In this document: one piece after another, positions 38,397 to 50,399 of the stretch
Position numbering within the stretch: position 1 is the stretch's first letter
Layout of the letters: the number at the start of each line of letters is the position of its first letter
DNA from: Glaucostegus cemiculus
Lineage: Eukaryota
Assembly (NCBI GenBank): GCA_976551045.1
Contig: CDPCPM010000037.1
Location: 25,234,001-25,298,000, forward strand
DNA length: 64,000 nt
Reading direction: 5' to 3'
Translations under genes and position numbers: made by a program
Notes under the pieces: model-generated
What the model was told of the DNA's origin: nothing
What the model saw: only the letters and a program-made list of their open reading frames with translations
Database searches by the model: none

Positions 38397-39547
38397 CCGA
38401 GGTTGAGAGGGATGTGAGGTGTTTGCTTCCCTCAGCATCTCCTGTTGGCAAGGTGGTTGTATGCACACTGAGGGGTATCCAGAGAGAGAGAGAGGGCCAC
38501 ACCTGGGCACCTACACAGATAGTTGTCAGCCACGCCACATACAAGTTTTTCACTGTACCTCGGTACAAGTGACAATAATAAACCAATGCTTTAAGATATG
38601 ACCTGCCATTAGCCAGTCTGTGGAAGGTTGCAATGTGTACATTAGGAAGTTGAAATTAAGTTTTCTATGGAACCAATAGAACGTTTACCAGCACTCTTTC
38701 ATTAACAATAACCCTCTTCCTTTCAAAAAATATGCCCATATGTAACCTGGCCGAATTTTGTTCTGAAGTTCGTAAAACAGCTGCAACAGTTGGCCTTGTA
38801 AAAGCGTTTCAAACTGACAGGTTTTATTCCGTCGCTAAAAAAAGTTTTTTAATGGAGAAGTTGGTAACTCTGCAAGTTACTGTGGCTAATGATCGCCTGT
38901 TTATACAACACTAGTTGCTATAACCATATGTCAAAATTGTTTTGGTCTTTAAATGTACTAAATTATGTTGTCCCGACCGAAATCTCTGGTTTTCATCCGA
39001 TCACTTGCTGGAGCCCCCTCATTTATTTTATCTTCAATACGTTTAAAGATGGACTTATGCTGGTTTAAGACCCCATACTGCTGTTTACGTTCCAGATAGA
39101 TGACAATGAGGGGAGGAGGCAGTAATGAGATTTCGAGCTATGACTGGTTATGTGTCTGTGGAGTAACTTCTGGCAGTTGATGTATAAATATTTATAGCAT
39201 TAATCTCGCAGTGGGTGGGAAAGGGAAAGAAAAGATCTGTGCTGTGTTTATATAACGTAGGTTTGAACATGCCCAAGAATAGCACATGATTGCCACCACA
39301 TTGAGTTTATAGCTCATCAGCAGTCAAACACCCTAGAGGGATTCTAAGTTTTGCACGGAGTTGGGTTTACTCCTAGTTCTAAGTCTGCATTGCATGTTTA
39401 GCATTTGTCATGCATTAATTATTTTTGTAGTAGTACTAAACTTGCAGAGAGAATACATCCTAAATGACAAAATCATTTTGAGGATGTTTCTGTAATTAAT
39501 TTTTGCATTGGATTAAGTTTTCAGTAAGGGTGGACATTTGGCCCATC

Positions 39548-39815
39548 AAGATACAAGTTATCTTTATTAGTCACATGTACATTAAAACACACAGTGAAAT
39601 ACATCTTTTGCGTAGCGATTTTGGGGGGCAGCCTGCAAGTGTCGCCAACATAGCATGCCCACAACTTCCTAACCTGTACATCTTTGGAATGTGGGAGGAA
39701 ACCGGAGCACCCGGAAGAAACTCACGCAGACACGGGGAGAATGTACAAGCTCCTTACAGACAGTGGGTGGTATTGAACCCAGGTTGCTGACACTGTAAAG
39801 CATTAGGCTAACTGC
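39548..39815 (-). mobile_element. V-SINE with Rex1-type tail
   Basis: Similar to 11006-11308. Confidence 0.8.
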
Positions 39816-40729
39816 TTGAGCAACCAAATTCATCTTGCATCATTCTCCTTCAGATATTTGATCTCTCAAATCCACTGTGTTCTCTACTGAAGATGATGCT
39901 TTGGCAACTGGTGCTTTTTCAGTTTCAATTCATAGCAAGATTAGTCATGCCTGTGTCATTGCATGAATATATTTTGATGACAATTAAATGTTCAGACAGA
40001 AACAGATCCACAATTACGTATCTTGGTTTTTAAGTTTATTTTTACCATTATTGAATAAAGGAAGCTGCTGTTTCCCATGGACTGAATTTTGATTGGGTAA
40101 TTAGAGTGGAATGTCTAGTCTCCAACTCCCTGAGACCTCCCCATGCTTGCATGGCAGTTGCAGATGTCTGGGGATGGTATTTCTGTCTGGTCTGTTTCTT
40201 GTGCATCCTCCAAATGTTCTTGTGACTCTGGATCAAGAATGTGCAAGATTGATATGTGATTACAGGATTTCAAATGTAAAGTAATTCCTTACATTTCTAA
40301 TGCATATTTTGGAGCAATTAATGAATGTCAATTTTCAAAAAATATGACATTTTTAAAGTATAGTGTAGAGATAAATATGGTTCTGTTTTGCTGTTAATAT
40401 ATTGGAAAGTGGTATCCAAAAGTTGTACCATTAAGGTTGAGGTACTCCAGTGCCTTGTTAGTCTTCTAAGTTACTTGGTTGATGAGCCCCTCTGAGGTTA
40501 CTTAGATGATAGAAGAAATTGCATCATCTTAAATGCATGGGCAAAATGTGAAATATTTCTTGGTTTCAGGGAGAGGACTGGAATGGGAATTAATTAATAC
40601 AGCAGATATTTAGCCCATCATTATCTGAATATAACTTCTGAGTTAATGCTTTTCTAAGGTTCAATGAAAAGAACTGCATCCAGTAAGTATATTGGAATAC
40701 AGAACACTAATTCTTTAACTGAAAATAGT

Positions 40730-41660
40730 AAGAACAATATGTTTAAGAATTGGAGAGAGAATAAGTATTCAACCTTCTCAACCTTTCTCTGCATTCAATA
40801 AAGTTATAGATGATTTTCAGCTTCATCCAGTTTCTAATCCAATCCCCGCATCTCTTAATTGCTTTAGAATCCTAAACTCACTGGTTCACAGCTGTGAATG
40901 TATACAGTGGTTAAGCACCCATCATACTCTGTTAGAAAATTCTAAACATGCATAACCCTTAAGAGTAATGAAATTTTTTCATTATCTCAGTATTAAATAA
41001 CTGACCGTTATCTTGAGTGTACAGTTCTAGACTCTCCAGCCAGAGGAGATGGCCTCTCAATATCTACTCTGCCAAACTATATAAACATCTTGGGTTCAGT
41101 GCTATCACACATCATTCTTATGAACTCCATTGCAGATGGAATGATCCTACTCCATTTTGTCTGATAGGACAACCTCTCATCCCAGAAATCAGCCTGGTGA
41201 ATCTTCATTGCATTGTCTCAATCATTCCTTGGGTACCAAAACTGCATGAATACCCCAGATGCTGCCTCGTCTACAGTGTGCAATTGCATTGCTCCTGAAC
41301 TCTCCCCTTTGCTAGTTCCCTTCCAAATTATTTACAGTACCTGCATTGTTAATTTTGTTTTGCATGTAGGGTGTCATGTATGTTTCTCATACTTTAAAAG
41401 TCCTTTTTTATTGGTTTTTTTGTGTACTTAAGCCATCTGCATCCCTTTGTACATTCTTTGCATCTTGTTTCCATCAAGCTTTGAAAGCAAACTTGAATAT
41501 CTTGTACTCTCTCTCTTAGTCTAAGTAATAGATGGTAAACAGCTGAAACCCCTGACATCCCACTTGTAACAGCTTGTTGACCTGAAGTTGACCAGTTATC
41601 CCAACTGTGTTCTTTCTGGTAACTAATCCTCTGTCCATGCAAGTGTTTCTCCTCAACCCC
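40730..41660 (-). mobile_element. Old CR1 remnants in CABLES2 intron 1
   Basis: Degenerate CR1 3' motifs (cccagaaatcagcctggtgaatctt, ccaaaactgca). Confidence 0.55.
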
Positions 41661-44600
41661 ACGAGCCCTTGTAATGATGGAGAGCAACACGAATAGTTGG
41701 AATGAAGATCTTGCCAAGTAGAAACAAATGCAGAGACTGCATAGTAGTCACTGGAAATGACTTAGACCTTTTTATACTGTGTGTGGTGCCCTTACAGATG
41801 TCATCATTATGTTCATCCTGTAACTGCAATAGAACAGTGCAATAATCATGCAATATTCCTGATGGTAACTTGTAATATGATTGTTTGGTGCTCGATAGCC
41901 ATGATCAGAAATGTGTGATGTTTGCTGATGCTTGTGTTAAGTATCAAATATAAAATGTGAATTTCCAGGCTGCAAAACGTGTAACAGTACGAGAGCTTTG
42001 AGTGTAGTTTGAAAAATTTAACCATATGCTGTTATGATTGTAACATATTCTGTTTTGATTGTTGGTTGCCAATAGAAGGTTTTAGAGCACAACCGTGACA
42101 AGAGCATCGCAACCTGTTGTTTAGTAGTCTTTAACATTATAATAAAGTTGTCAACTAGTAGAGAAGTACATGTAGACAAAAACATGCAACAGTTGGTCAG
42201 TGATGTTGTTTAGACATTGACCCACAACATTAGAAAGTTTCAGTTTGAAAGTGAATCATACACAGTGGGTCTTAATTTGTAGTCAATGGCTCAATGCATT
42301 TCTAAGTCTTTACAGCTTCAGCTTCCTCTAAGAATTTTTTTCTTGCAAGTTATAAAATTCTTGTTCCAGTTTAGTATTTATTCTCCAGATTTATAATGCC
42401 AAAATAATATTACAATGTGCACCTTTCAAGCATTGCATGGAAGAATGTTCAAGAGATAATTGCCTTATTAAAGCAAACATTGCTTTTTGGTGCATTAATA
42501 AATTAATTATTGGCTGCAGAATCAGTTTTAAATTGCAACTTATTAGGCTTAGTCACAATGTTTCCTATTGGCTTTTTGACTTGGAATTAATGTCCTCCAA
42601 TGTACCCCTAGGTAATGCTAGTTAATTTTTTTTTAAAAAGTGACCAAGATACATATTTAATGACCCAGGGATGACTGAAGGATTCCTTCCTATTCACACT
42701 TACCTTTTGATTTTCATTTTTAAGCTGTTACTTCCTAAATCACTAGAAAAAGTGTTCAAGATATAGACAGATCTTTGTTTCAAATTCTTCTTTGAAAATT
42801 GTTTTTGTGAGAAGGAAAATTCTTCCATTACTGCTTCCTGTCTGAAACCAGATTTTGGCCTCTGTGGTTAATTGCTTTTAAAAGGGAACCGTTATTTGAC
42901 AGATAAACTGTATGCTTGGTTGCAAAATGTAGAATGTTTGCAATAATTAGAGAAGTAGTATTGATTTTTAAATTTCTTGAAGAAGTGAAGAGTGGACAGA
43001 CTCCCTTTGTGCTTGTCTGACAGTTGGGAATGTATGTGAGCTCCCTCCAAGTAGGCATTGGAAAGATATTGCCTTCATCTCTGGAACCGATGCTTTCCCA
43101 GCCACTGATTTCTGTCATGTTGCAGGTGCTCGCTTCAGTCCATCAGCTGCTGAAAGGCTCTCGGCTTCTGTGCTGTAAAATAAAGTGATTGCAATAGTTC
43201 CTCACCAATTACTTCAATCCTTCACTGAGTTCACCCAAAACTGTCTCTCCAATGATACCAAGTCTTTTTTATCCATCATTTTGGCCTATTGCGATTCAAA
43301 CAGTATCTATTTCTGTTCATAAATGTGCTGAGGATAGGCGTGGAATTATATCTGGATAAGTATTCTAGTTTTCAAGGCCAAGAATATAAAGATTAATCGC
43401 TAATGTATATTCTGTTCTCTATCTCTGTAATGTATGTACTGGCTCCTAAAATATGAAATGTAGTGTGGTTAAGATACAGTTAACCAATGCAATCAAAAAT
43501 GAACAGAAGTAGATACCGTGTGAATCACAAAATGTGATAACGATTCTCAGTCCTGCTCAGGGAAGCCTGTAATGTTGATGCTTATTTTCTAACTAGTTTT
43601 GTGATTTGACATTTTTTGTGTGCAAGGTTTTTTTCAGGTTGGTTTGAACTGAGTGCACATTTTCAAGAAAGAAAATACCGGAAATTTAAAACAAAATAGA
43701 AAATGCTTGAAACATTCAGCAGGTTGGACAACATCAATAGAATGTTAACATTTCCAGCCAAAGACCTTTTATCATATTTCCTGTTTTTCTCTCACTGTAG
43801 ATGCTGCCTGACCAGACTCCAACATTTTGTTACATTTCAAATGCAATTTTCTCCCTGCTAAAAATATAAGAATTTATCATCACTAAAGTGAAAATTCTCA
43901 AAGGAATTGTTTGCTCTTAATATTTTAATGCTCTTATGATCTAAACTAGCCTGCAGTTCCTTATGGGACAGGATTCATTGCAAAGACAGTGGGCTAAGGA
44001 AGTACTGGCACACATACTGTAACACCTCTTGCAGGAATGAAGTCAATGGCTGTGGCCTTTCCAATGTCTACTTGGAGGGAGCTTGCATACATTTCCCAAC
44101 TGCCTGACAAGAACAAGGACAATGACTAAATACTCTGGACATCTGTCCATTTTTCACTTATGAAAGAATTTTTTTCTTTACAACCCTCCTTTGCATAGAT
44201 AAAATGTGGTCAGAATGTAGGAAACACAACTGACATTAAATCATTAAGAGATGTTAAATCTTCCTTTTATAGACAAACTAAGATTGGTTGAAATTTATCT
44301 TGTGACAGTGAAGTGCACCACTTTGCCCTGTAGAAGGTGCAAAGCAGCTGAACGTGCTTCTTTCCCCTGTAAACTCCCAATGAAAGGTCTTCAGTTTGTG
44401 TACATGTTCTCCAGCATTATATTTTTAAATTCTGGAGTTCCAACCTCCCTCGCTTTTTCCATGACTCCTTTGCGAGTGATGTGTTGTGAATTGTCTGTTT
44501 ATTGTGGTCTGTTACTGGGAGGTAACCACAAGATATCTTTTGATGTGAGACTGAAATAAGATGTCTGCCGAATGAGAATAAATCACTTGATCCAAAGTGG

Positions 44601-45804
44601 ATTTCAACATTGAGGAAATACTTGGCTTCAAACTACTCGAGTTTAATTCCATCCATTACACCATGTAATGTGGAACCTGTATGTTGTGGGACTTGCTAGA
44701 ATCTGGTTATCTTCTACAGCCTCTATATCCTCTACAGTAAGATGTTCAGTTGTTGAATCTTTAAAAAAAATTGGATGGTGTGCACTTTTGTTTAAGTTGA
44801 TTATCACAGTTCAAAATAGGGTAACATTACTTAACACCTCTGTGAACCTTGGTGAGTCTGATCAATTGTTCTATACTTTAAAGATGTAAGAGGATAAATG
44901 GAGGAAATGGTAAAGATTATGAAAAGATGCAGAATAATCAATTGAATGGCAGAAGAGGGGGAGCTGATGTTGAAACTAGTGAAATAATCAACCAAAATTG
45001 TAACAGACAAACCCCACTCACTGCTGATATACATGACGTGTCCAAGTTTACTTTTTGTGAACCCACTATTGGGAGAGATTGTCCCAACTGAAAATACCAA
45101 TGCCCTGCCTTCTGATTGAGCCTTGTGCTACCAAATATCACTACATGGATAGGCCAGAGGAAGTTTTATCCATAACATTAAAAGCATTCAAACAATAAAA
45201 ATCAAAGAGATAAGTAGAAGATCCTAATTATTAAAGCATTTAAGTGATCTTGAATCATTTAATTTTAAAAAAAATTTTCTTAAGTATATCCTTTGTCCCT
45301 CACGTCCCTCCCCTTATGTTCAATGGGTTCACTGTTGCCATGGGGCTGGTTCAACAAATGGATTGCCCACCAAAACTGCTAGAGCATAACATTTTGTGTT
45401 CTACTGGAATCTGATGTTGGAAGTGCAGTCAGGAAGTTGCCAGCAATTCTCAGCCAGCAAGTTCAGGACTTTGGCTTTCACACAGGATTTCCAAATTGAT
45501 GGAAGCAAATGCTGTCTACTCAACACTGAAGTTTCCTAGCAATTCCAAGGAGACTTTTTTCATAAGCAAGAACAGGAAGTAAAAATGTGCATTGAATGGA
45601 TAAGCTTTCAAATGAAATGTAGCTGCAGAGGGCCGTGAACAGAAACATGGCTTAGTTACAATGTTCCTAATTTTGTCAAAGGCAGTTGTGTAGATTTGCA
45701 AGTATATCTCAATGCACTTTTTAAATGGCTTGAATTTTTCCAAGACCAATAAGAAGCTTTTTTTAAAAATGGGAAGTGGATTCAGAAATGTAGTCTGTGT
45801 TTAA

Positions 45805-45927
45805 TGCTGCATGTAAACATTACTTCACTAACCAGCACTTTGCCATTGCATTCTAATGGCAGAGTACTGGTCAGCTAGCAATGCAATGGCAGAGTGCTGG
45901 TTAGTGAAGTAATGTTTACATGCAGCA
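45805..45927. repeat. Inverted repeat, 48-bp arms, 27-nt spacer
   Basis: Arms 45805-45852 and 45880-45927 differ at one position. Confidence 0.95.
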
Positions 45928-48810
45928 GCCTGTTAGCTTTCCACATGGTAGCCAGCAACAAACTACCATCTAGCCAAGATCCACTGGCATTTACACTGGG
46001 GAAGTGATTCTCTAGTCCTGTACCATTAAATCTGACAGAGAAGCCAAGACCCCATCGATTTCTGTATGGAATGTAGAATTTTTATTTTGGGGAAGAAAGC
46101 AAAGGCTAATTCCATTTCTAATGTTGTTAATTTTTGTTCCTCTTTTTAATTGTGTCCAGTGTTTTTTAAGCTTGTTTTAATGTTTTAATTAGCCTTTAGT
46201 CATTTTTAAATGGTTCTAAATGCCAGAGGCATTTTATAAACTATTAAATAACCCAGCCAAACTGGCAACATTAGGGACAAGGCATTGCTTGTTGTCAAAG
46301 CTCTGAGGCAATTTTTGGAGCTGCATTTTCTTGGTGCTCTTGGAGGCCCAGCCTCCAACTCAGGCTATGACAGGAGCTGGGATACTTTGGGCTAACAAGG
46401 ATAGTCCTCTGCATCTGGACCAAGCAAACACAAGCATGGGGAGGCCATGAGTAATGATTCCAGGTGAGATTTGGCAGAGTGTGTACGTTTCAGTTCACTC
46501 ATGTTTGCAACTGTTGATGATAAGCAGCTTTATCCTCAATGTTCTTAATTTGCATCCTCTGTCTCTTCAGTTAAAAAGTTTAGTTGATATTTTTTAAAAA
46601 GTGGAGAGATGGAATTCCAGGCTGGTAATATAATTAAAAGTATAAAATGTCTTGGAATATTGTCAATAATTTTAATTGTTTTATGAACATACTTCTGCTG
46701 TGATTTATTTACACTTTTTGTTCTACCAGTGAGCAAAATATAATTGAATTGACAGATGCTAATTGGAAATTTCTGTTTGTATAAAAAAACCAATAAAACT
46801 AACTATTCGATTAATCGCTATACATTTTGCCCTTTTTCACACATTAAGTGTTTTGAAACTATTTCTACAATTTGTGAGGTATAAAAGTTCTAATCTCAAA
46901 AGATGACAAGAAAGCAGAATCTGAAATGAAAAGATTGAGAAAATTTCATCAAAGAGATGAAACATAGAAAAAAAAAATTACAACTATAAAGGCAGGCTGA
47001 GAGGGAAGGGATGCCAAGTCACTGAAGTCTTTGCTACTAATTTTATGGGAGAAGGGAATGCCATCAAGAACACATTGAGGAAAGTGTTGTGTGTGTGAAA
47101 CTGGAGGACATTGCACCAAGAATACAGACGGATTTAAGGAAGAAGCTTTATAAAGAATCAAGAATGGAGATTTGATGAGGCCTAGGAAGGTAAGATTGTA
47201 GGGAAGGCAGCTTGCTTTATGGGACAGGATGTGGTGTTGCAGATTTTGACAGGTGGAGGTTATTGCCATGTGCTGATTGGAAGTCAATCAAGTACTTTGG
47301 CTAGTCAAATATGGCAGTTGCTAAAAGCTTGTCTCAAGATTAAAGCAATGTCAAGCTAGTTTCTTACAGTTTTTACCCCTTTTACTGTCTTTTTCGTACT
47401 ACAGAACTTTTAACTGCGGGAGTTTGGAGGAGGAAAACTTGTAATTTATGGATCCTGATACTTTGGTGCAGTAATGATTGTGCCATTTTGATACAAATTA
47501 TTCTATGACTAACTTCAAGGGTGAAACCTTTGAAGGTGTTACATGTACAGTAGTGAAGTTTCTATTTCTGAAAATGGGTTGTCTCCAGTCATACTGGAAA
47601 CAACTGACTAAGATCAGTTTCATTGTTCCAGCAAGAATGCAATGTACAAGCCAGTTTTATTTTGCTTCTATTATTAGCATGTTTGTGGCATTCAAAGAGT
47701 ACCTTTTATAGCCTGTTTTTTGTGAATTTAAAAATTGGGCATGGTAAAAGGAAATAACTTTGATCTGTTTGTCTGCTTCCATGACAGTTGAGAGAGAGGC
47801 ATTAAATACAATGTTTGTTTATTTTATTGTCTTGTAATGATTTAAGTAGAAAATGTTTTCTGCAGTGTTGCTGCCATTACTTTAGTAAATAGTGGAAGAA
47901 TTTATGTGCTAAAATACATTTGGTGTAAAGAGGGAATTCACACATTCAGATGCATTTTAAAATTTCAAATATTTTGAATATAAAGGAGGTACTGATTAAG
48001 CATCATTGAATAAAAGTTCAGGTTTTTTTTGAATGGTGGTTAAAAATTTGAATTTTTTTAGATAGTGAGAATAGATCTTCAGGGAACTGAGAGAGATATC
48101 TGATCACTCTTGCATATTTGGAAAGCTGTAGTAACAAACCTCCAGCTTTATTACTGAATAAAGCTTCCGCTTTAATTGAATCAGACACTGCTAAATGGCT
48201 GCTGTAAGATTTTTTGTACTTATTGTATTTAGATTTCCTTGTATTTCAAACAGCAAGGTTTCTCAGCTACTTAATTATATTTTTTTAAAAATAAATGCCT
48301 AGTATGTTTATGTAATAAGTTCCTTGTAATAAGGTAGTACTTGTATATCCCATGCTGACTGTCACAGCTGCTCTCCAAGTAAGACTCATAATTGACATTA
48401 GTATTTTTCATGATGTTGCTCATTAAAAAATTACATTTTCTATGAAATGTTATTTCATATAGTTAATTGATCTACAGTGATATGTGGGTTATATTAGGAA
48501 TATCAAACTGTTGCACTAATCATTTTTCAATGTGATTTGCACATGGTGGTCACTTGTATTTTTTTTACAGTTTATAGTTTAAAATTTGCAACCAATTACA
48601 CACCTCAGATGATCTTGATGTGTCATTGAGTTTCACTTCAGGTTACCATCTGAACTTTAAAAAAATGTAAAAACTGTCTATTTTGTTGCACACATGGAGG
48701 GAAAACATTTGTTGGTCCTCTTTAAACAGAAATATGCACTCTTTTAAAGGAGAATCAAAATTTGCATGATTTTTAATTCTTCCAGATATGTCAAAAGGCC
48801 ACATTACTGG

Positions 48811-48894
48811 CATTGCCTAGGAAGGTCAATGCTGACATAAACAATGCCATGATATGGGCATTGTTTGTGCCAGCATTGACCTTCCTGGGCAATG
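48811..48894. repeat. Inverted repeat, 38-bp arms, 8-nt loop
   Basis: Three differences between arms; two are G-U compatible on the + strand. Confidence 0.92.
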
Positions 48895-49400
48895 ATCAAC
48901 ACAACATGGGGTGGTGATTGTTTCATGGAAGGAGAACTCGTCAACTGCCTAGGTTAAGCAGTACCTCTCGATATCAACAAAATGCAGATTATCAAGTGAC
49001 CGAAGCTTCCTCTATCAACCTTGATATGTTAATGAAAAGATGAGTTATTACACTTTTTAAATGTTGCTTTTTTTTCCCTCGTCACTGAAATTTGAAGATC
49101 CTTGCAGGGATGCTTAATGTGTTCAGATCTCACTAAGCAACAAGCACAAACTTTGGATTGTTTTATAGAAGTCACTTAAAGGTTATTCAGTCATTTAATC
49201 AGATTTGCATCTTTCATTTTGTGGTTGAACTCCTCTAACTGTCCAGTAGGGATGTCAGAAATCAGGTGGTTTATACTTCAGAGTATAACTACTTGATTTG
49301 TTTTTTGTTTTAATTGACCAAGTGGGAAATCTTGTTGCTGCCCTTAAGTTGTGCAACTTCATTGGTGTTGTTATCTAATAAACTTCTTTTTATTTTCCAG

Positions 49401-49493
49401 AAGTAGAACTTCTTCAGGATCTCCTCATCCAAAAAGCACAAAGAAAGTCCATTTTATAAAAAATATGCGCCAATATGACACAAGAAATAGCAG
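49401..49493 (+). CDS. CABLES2: CABLES2 coding exon 2 of this model
   Basis: ttccag...AG|GTAATT. Encodes SRTSSGSPHPKSTKKVHFIKNMRQYDTRNSR. Phase 2-2. Confidence 0.95.
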
Positions 49494-50399
49494 GTAATTG
49501 GTAGAAGGTTAAAAAAATTGTGCAAAATATCAAAAGTAATTTACACATAGTGACGAGCAATAAAACTAGTTTATTGATTAGGCAGGAGTCTGTTGTGATA
49601 ATGAGCAGTTATCCAAAGTGGCAGAATGCGAATAACAGTAATCAAAATCAATAGATGCTGGAAATCAAATGCAAACAAAAAATGCTTGGGAGAAAGCTCT
49701 AAGACAGCATCTGCAGAAAAAGAAACTTAACATTTTGGGTCTACAACCCTTCATCAGAACTGAGAAAGAAAGAGATGAAAGTAGGTGTTCTGGGGGAGGG
49801 ATGTGCAGAACAAAGGGAATGTCTGTGATAGGATGTTAATGGTAAGGTGGTGGGACTACCCTGTAAATAATGGTGTTCCTGAAAGATCTCTATTGAGGCC
49901 ACAATTTTTCACTATATTTATAAATTACTTGGATGTGCAGATAGAAAGTCAACTATCAAAGTGTGTAGATGTCACAAAGAAAGGTAGTGTAAACTGGATG
50001 TGTTAAATTGCAAAGAGATCATAACAGATTAAGTGAGTGGACAAAATAAATTTAACTATCAGGAAAATGACTGAAATAGGATGGCACAGAGCACTATACA
50101 TTTTAAAATTAGAAGCAAAGATCAGATGGTGTATGGGGGAATAGAATGGAGGTGGAAACTGTAGGGTTCATATTCATCATTAAAGTATTATAAACTAATA
50201 AAGAAAATATCCTATTAGAATTTTGGAATATGGCTTTTTTTTTGAGGAACGGTTGATGTACAAGGGAGTAGAAGTTAAACCAGGTATGCCAAGTCCTGGT
50301 TTAACCATAACTACAATATGGTGAGCTTATCTGGCATTGCGTCTTAAGTAGAATAAATTAGCTTTGGAGGATAAATTTAACTGAAATGACACATCCCAT

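Larger units (their letters stand above)
37290..38400. promoter_or_regulatory. CpG island covering the CABLES2 promoter and exon 1
   Basis: Abruptly high GC and CpG content compared with the AT-rich, CpG-depleted flanks. Confidence 0.85.

Noticed and set aside
37760-38586. Long antisense and alternative-frame ORFs over CABLES2 exon 1
   Set aside because: Expected from stop-codon scarcity in a CpG island. Only the 37839 frame has CABLES motifs.
39854-39915. Candidate missing CABLES2 exon (YLISQ... after a good acceptor)
   Set aside because: In-frame TGA after 11 codons and no good donor. Similarity is limited to four residues.
44884-45091. ~70-codon open frame in CABLES2 intron 1 after an AAG
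   Set aside because: Weak acceptor, ends in a stop, and has no recognisable similarity.
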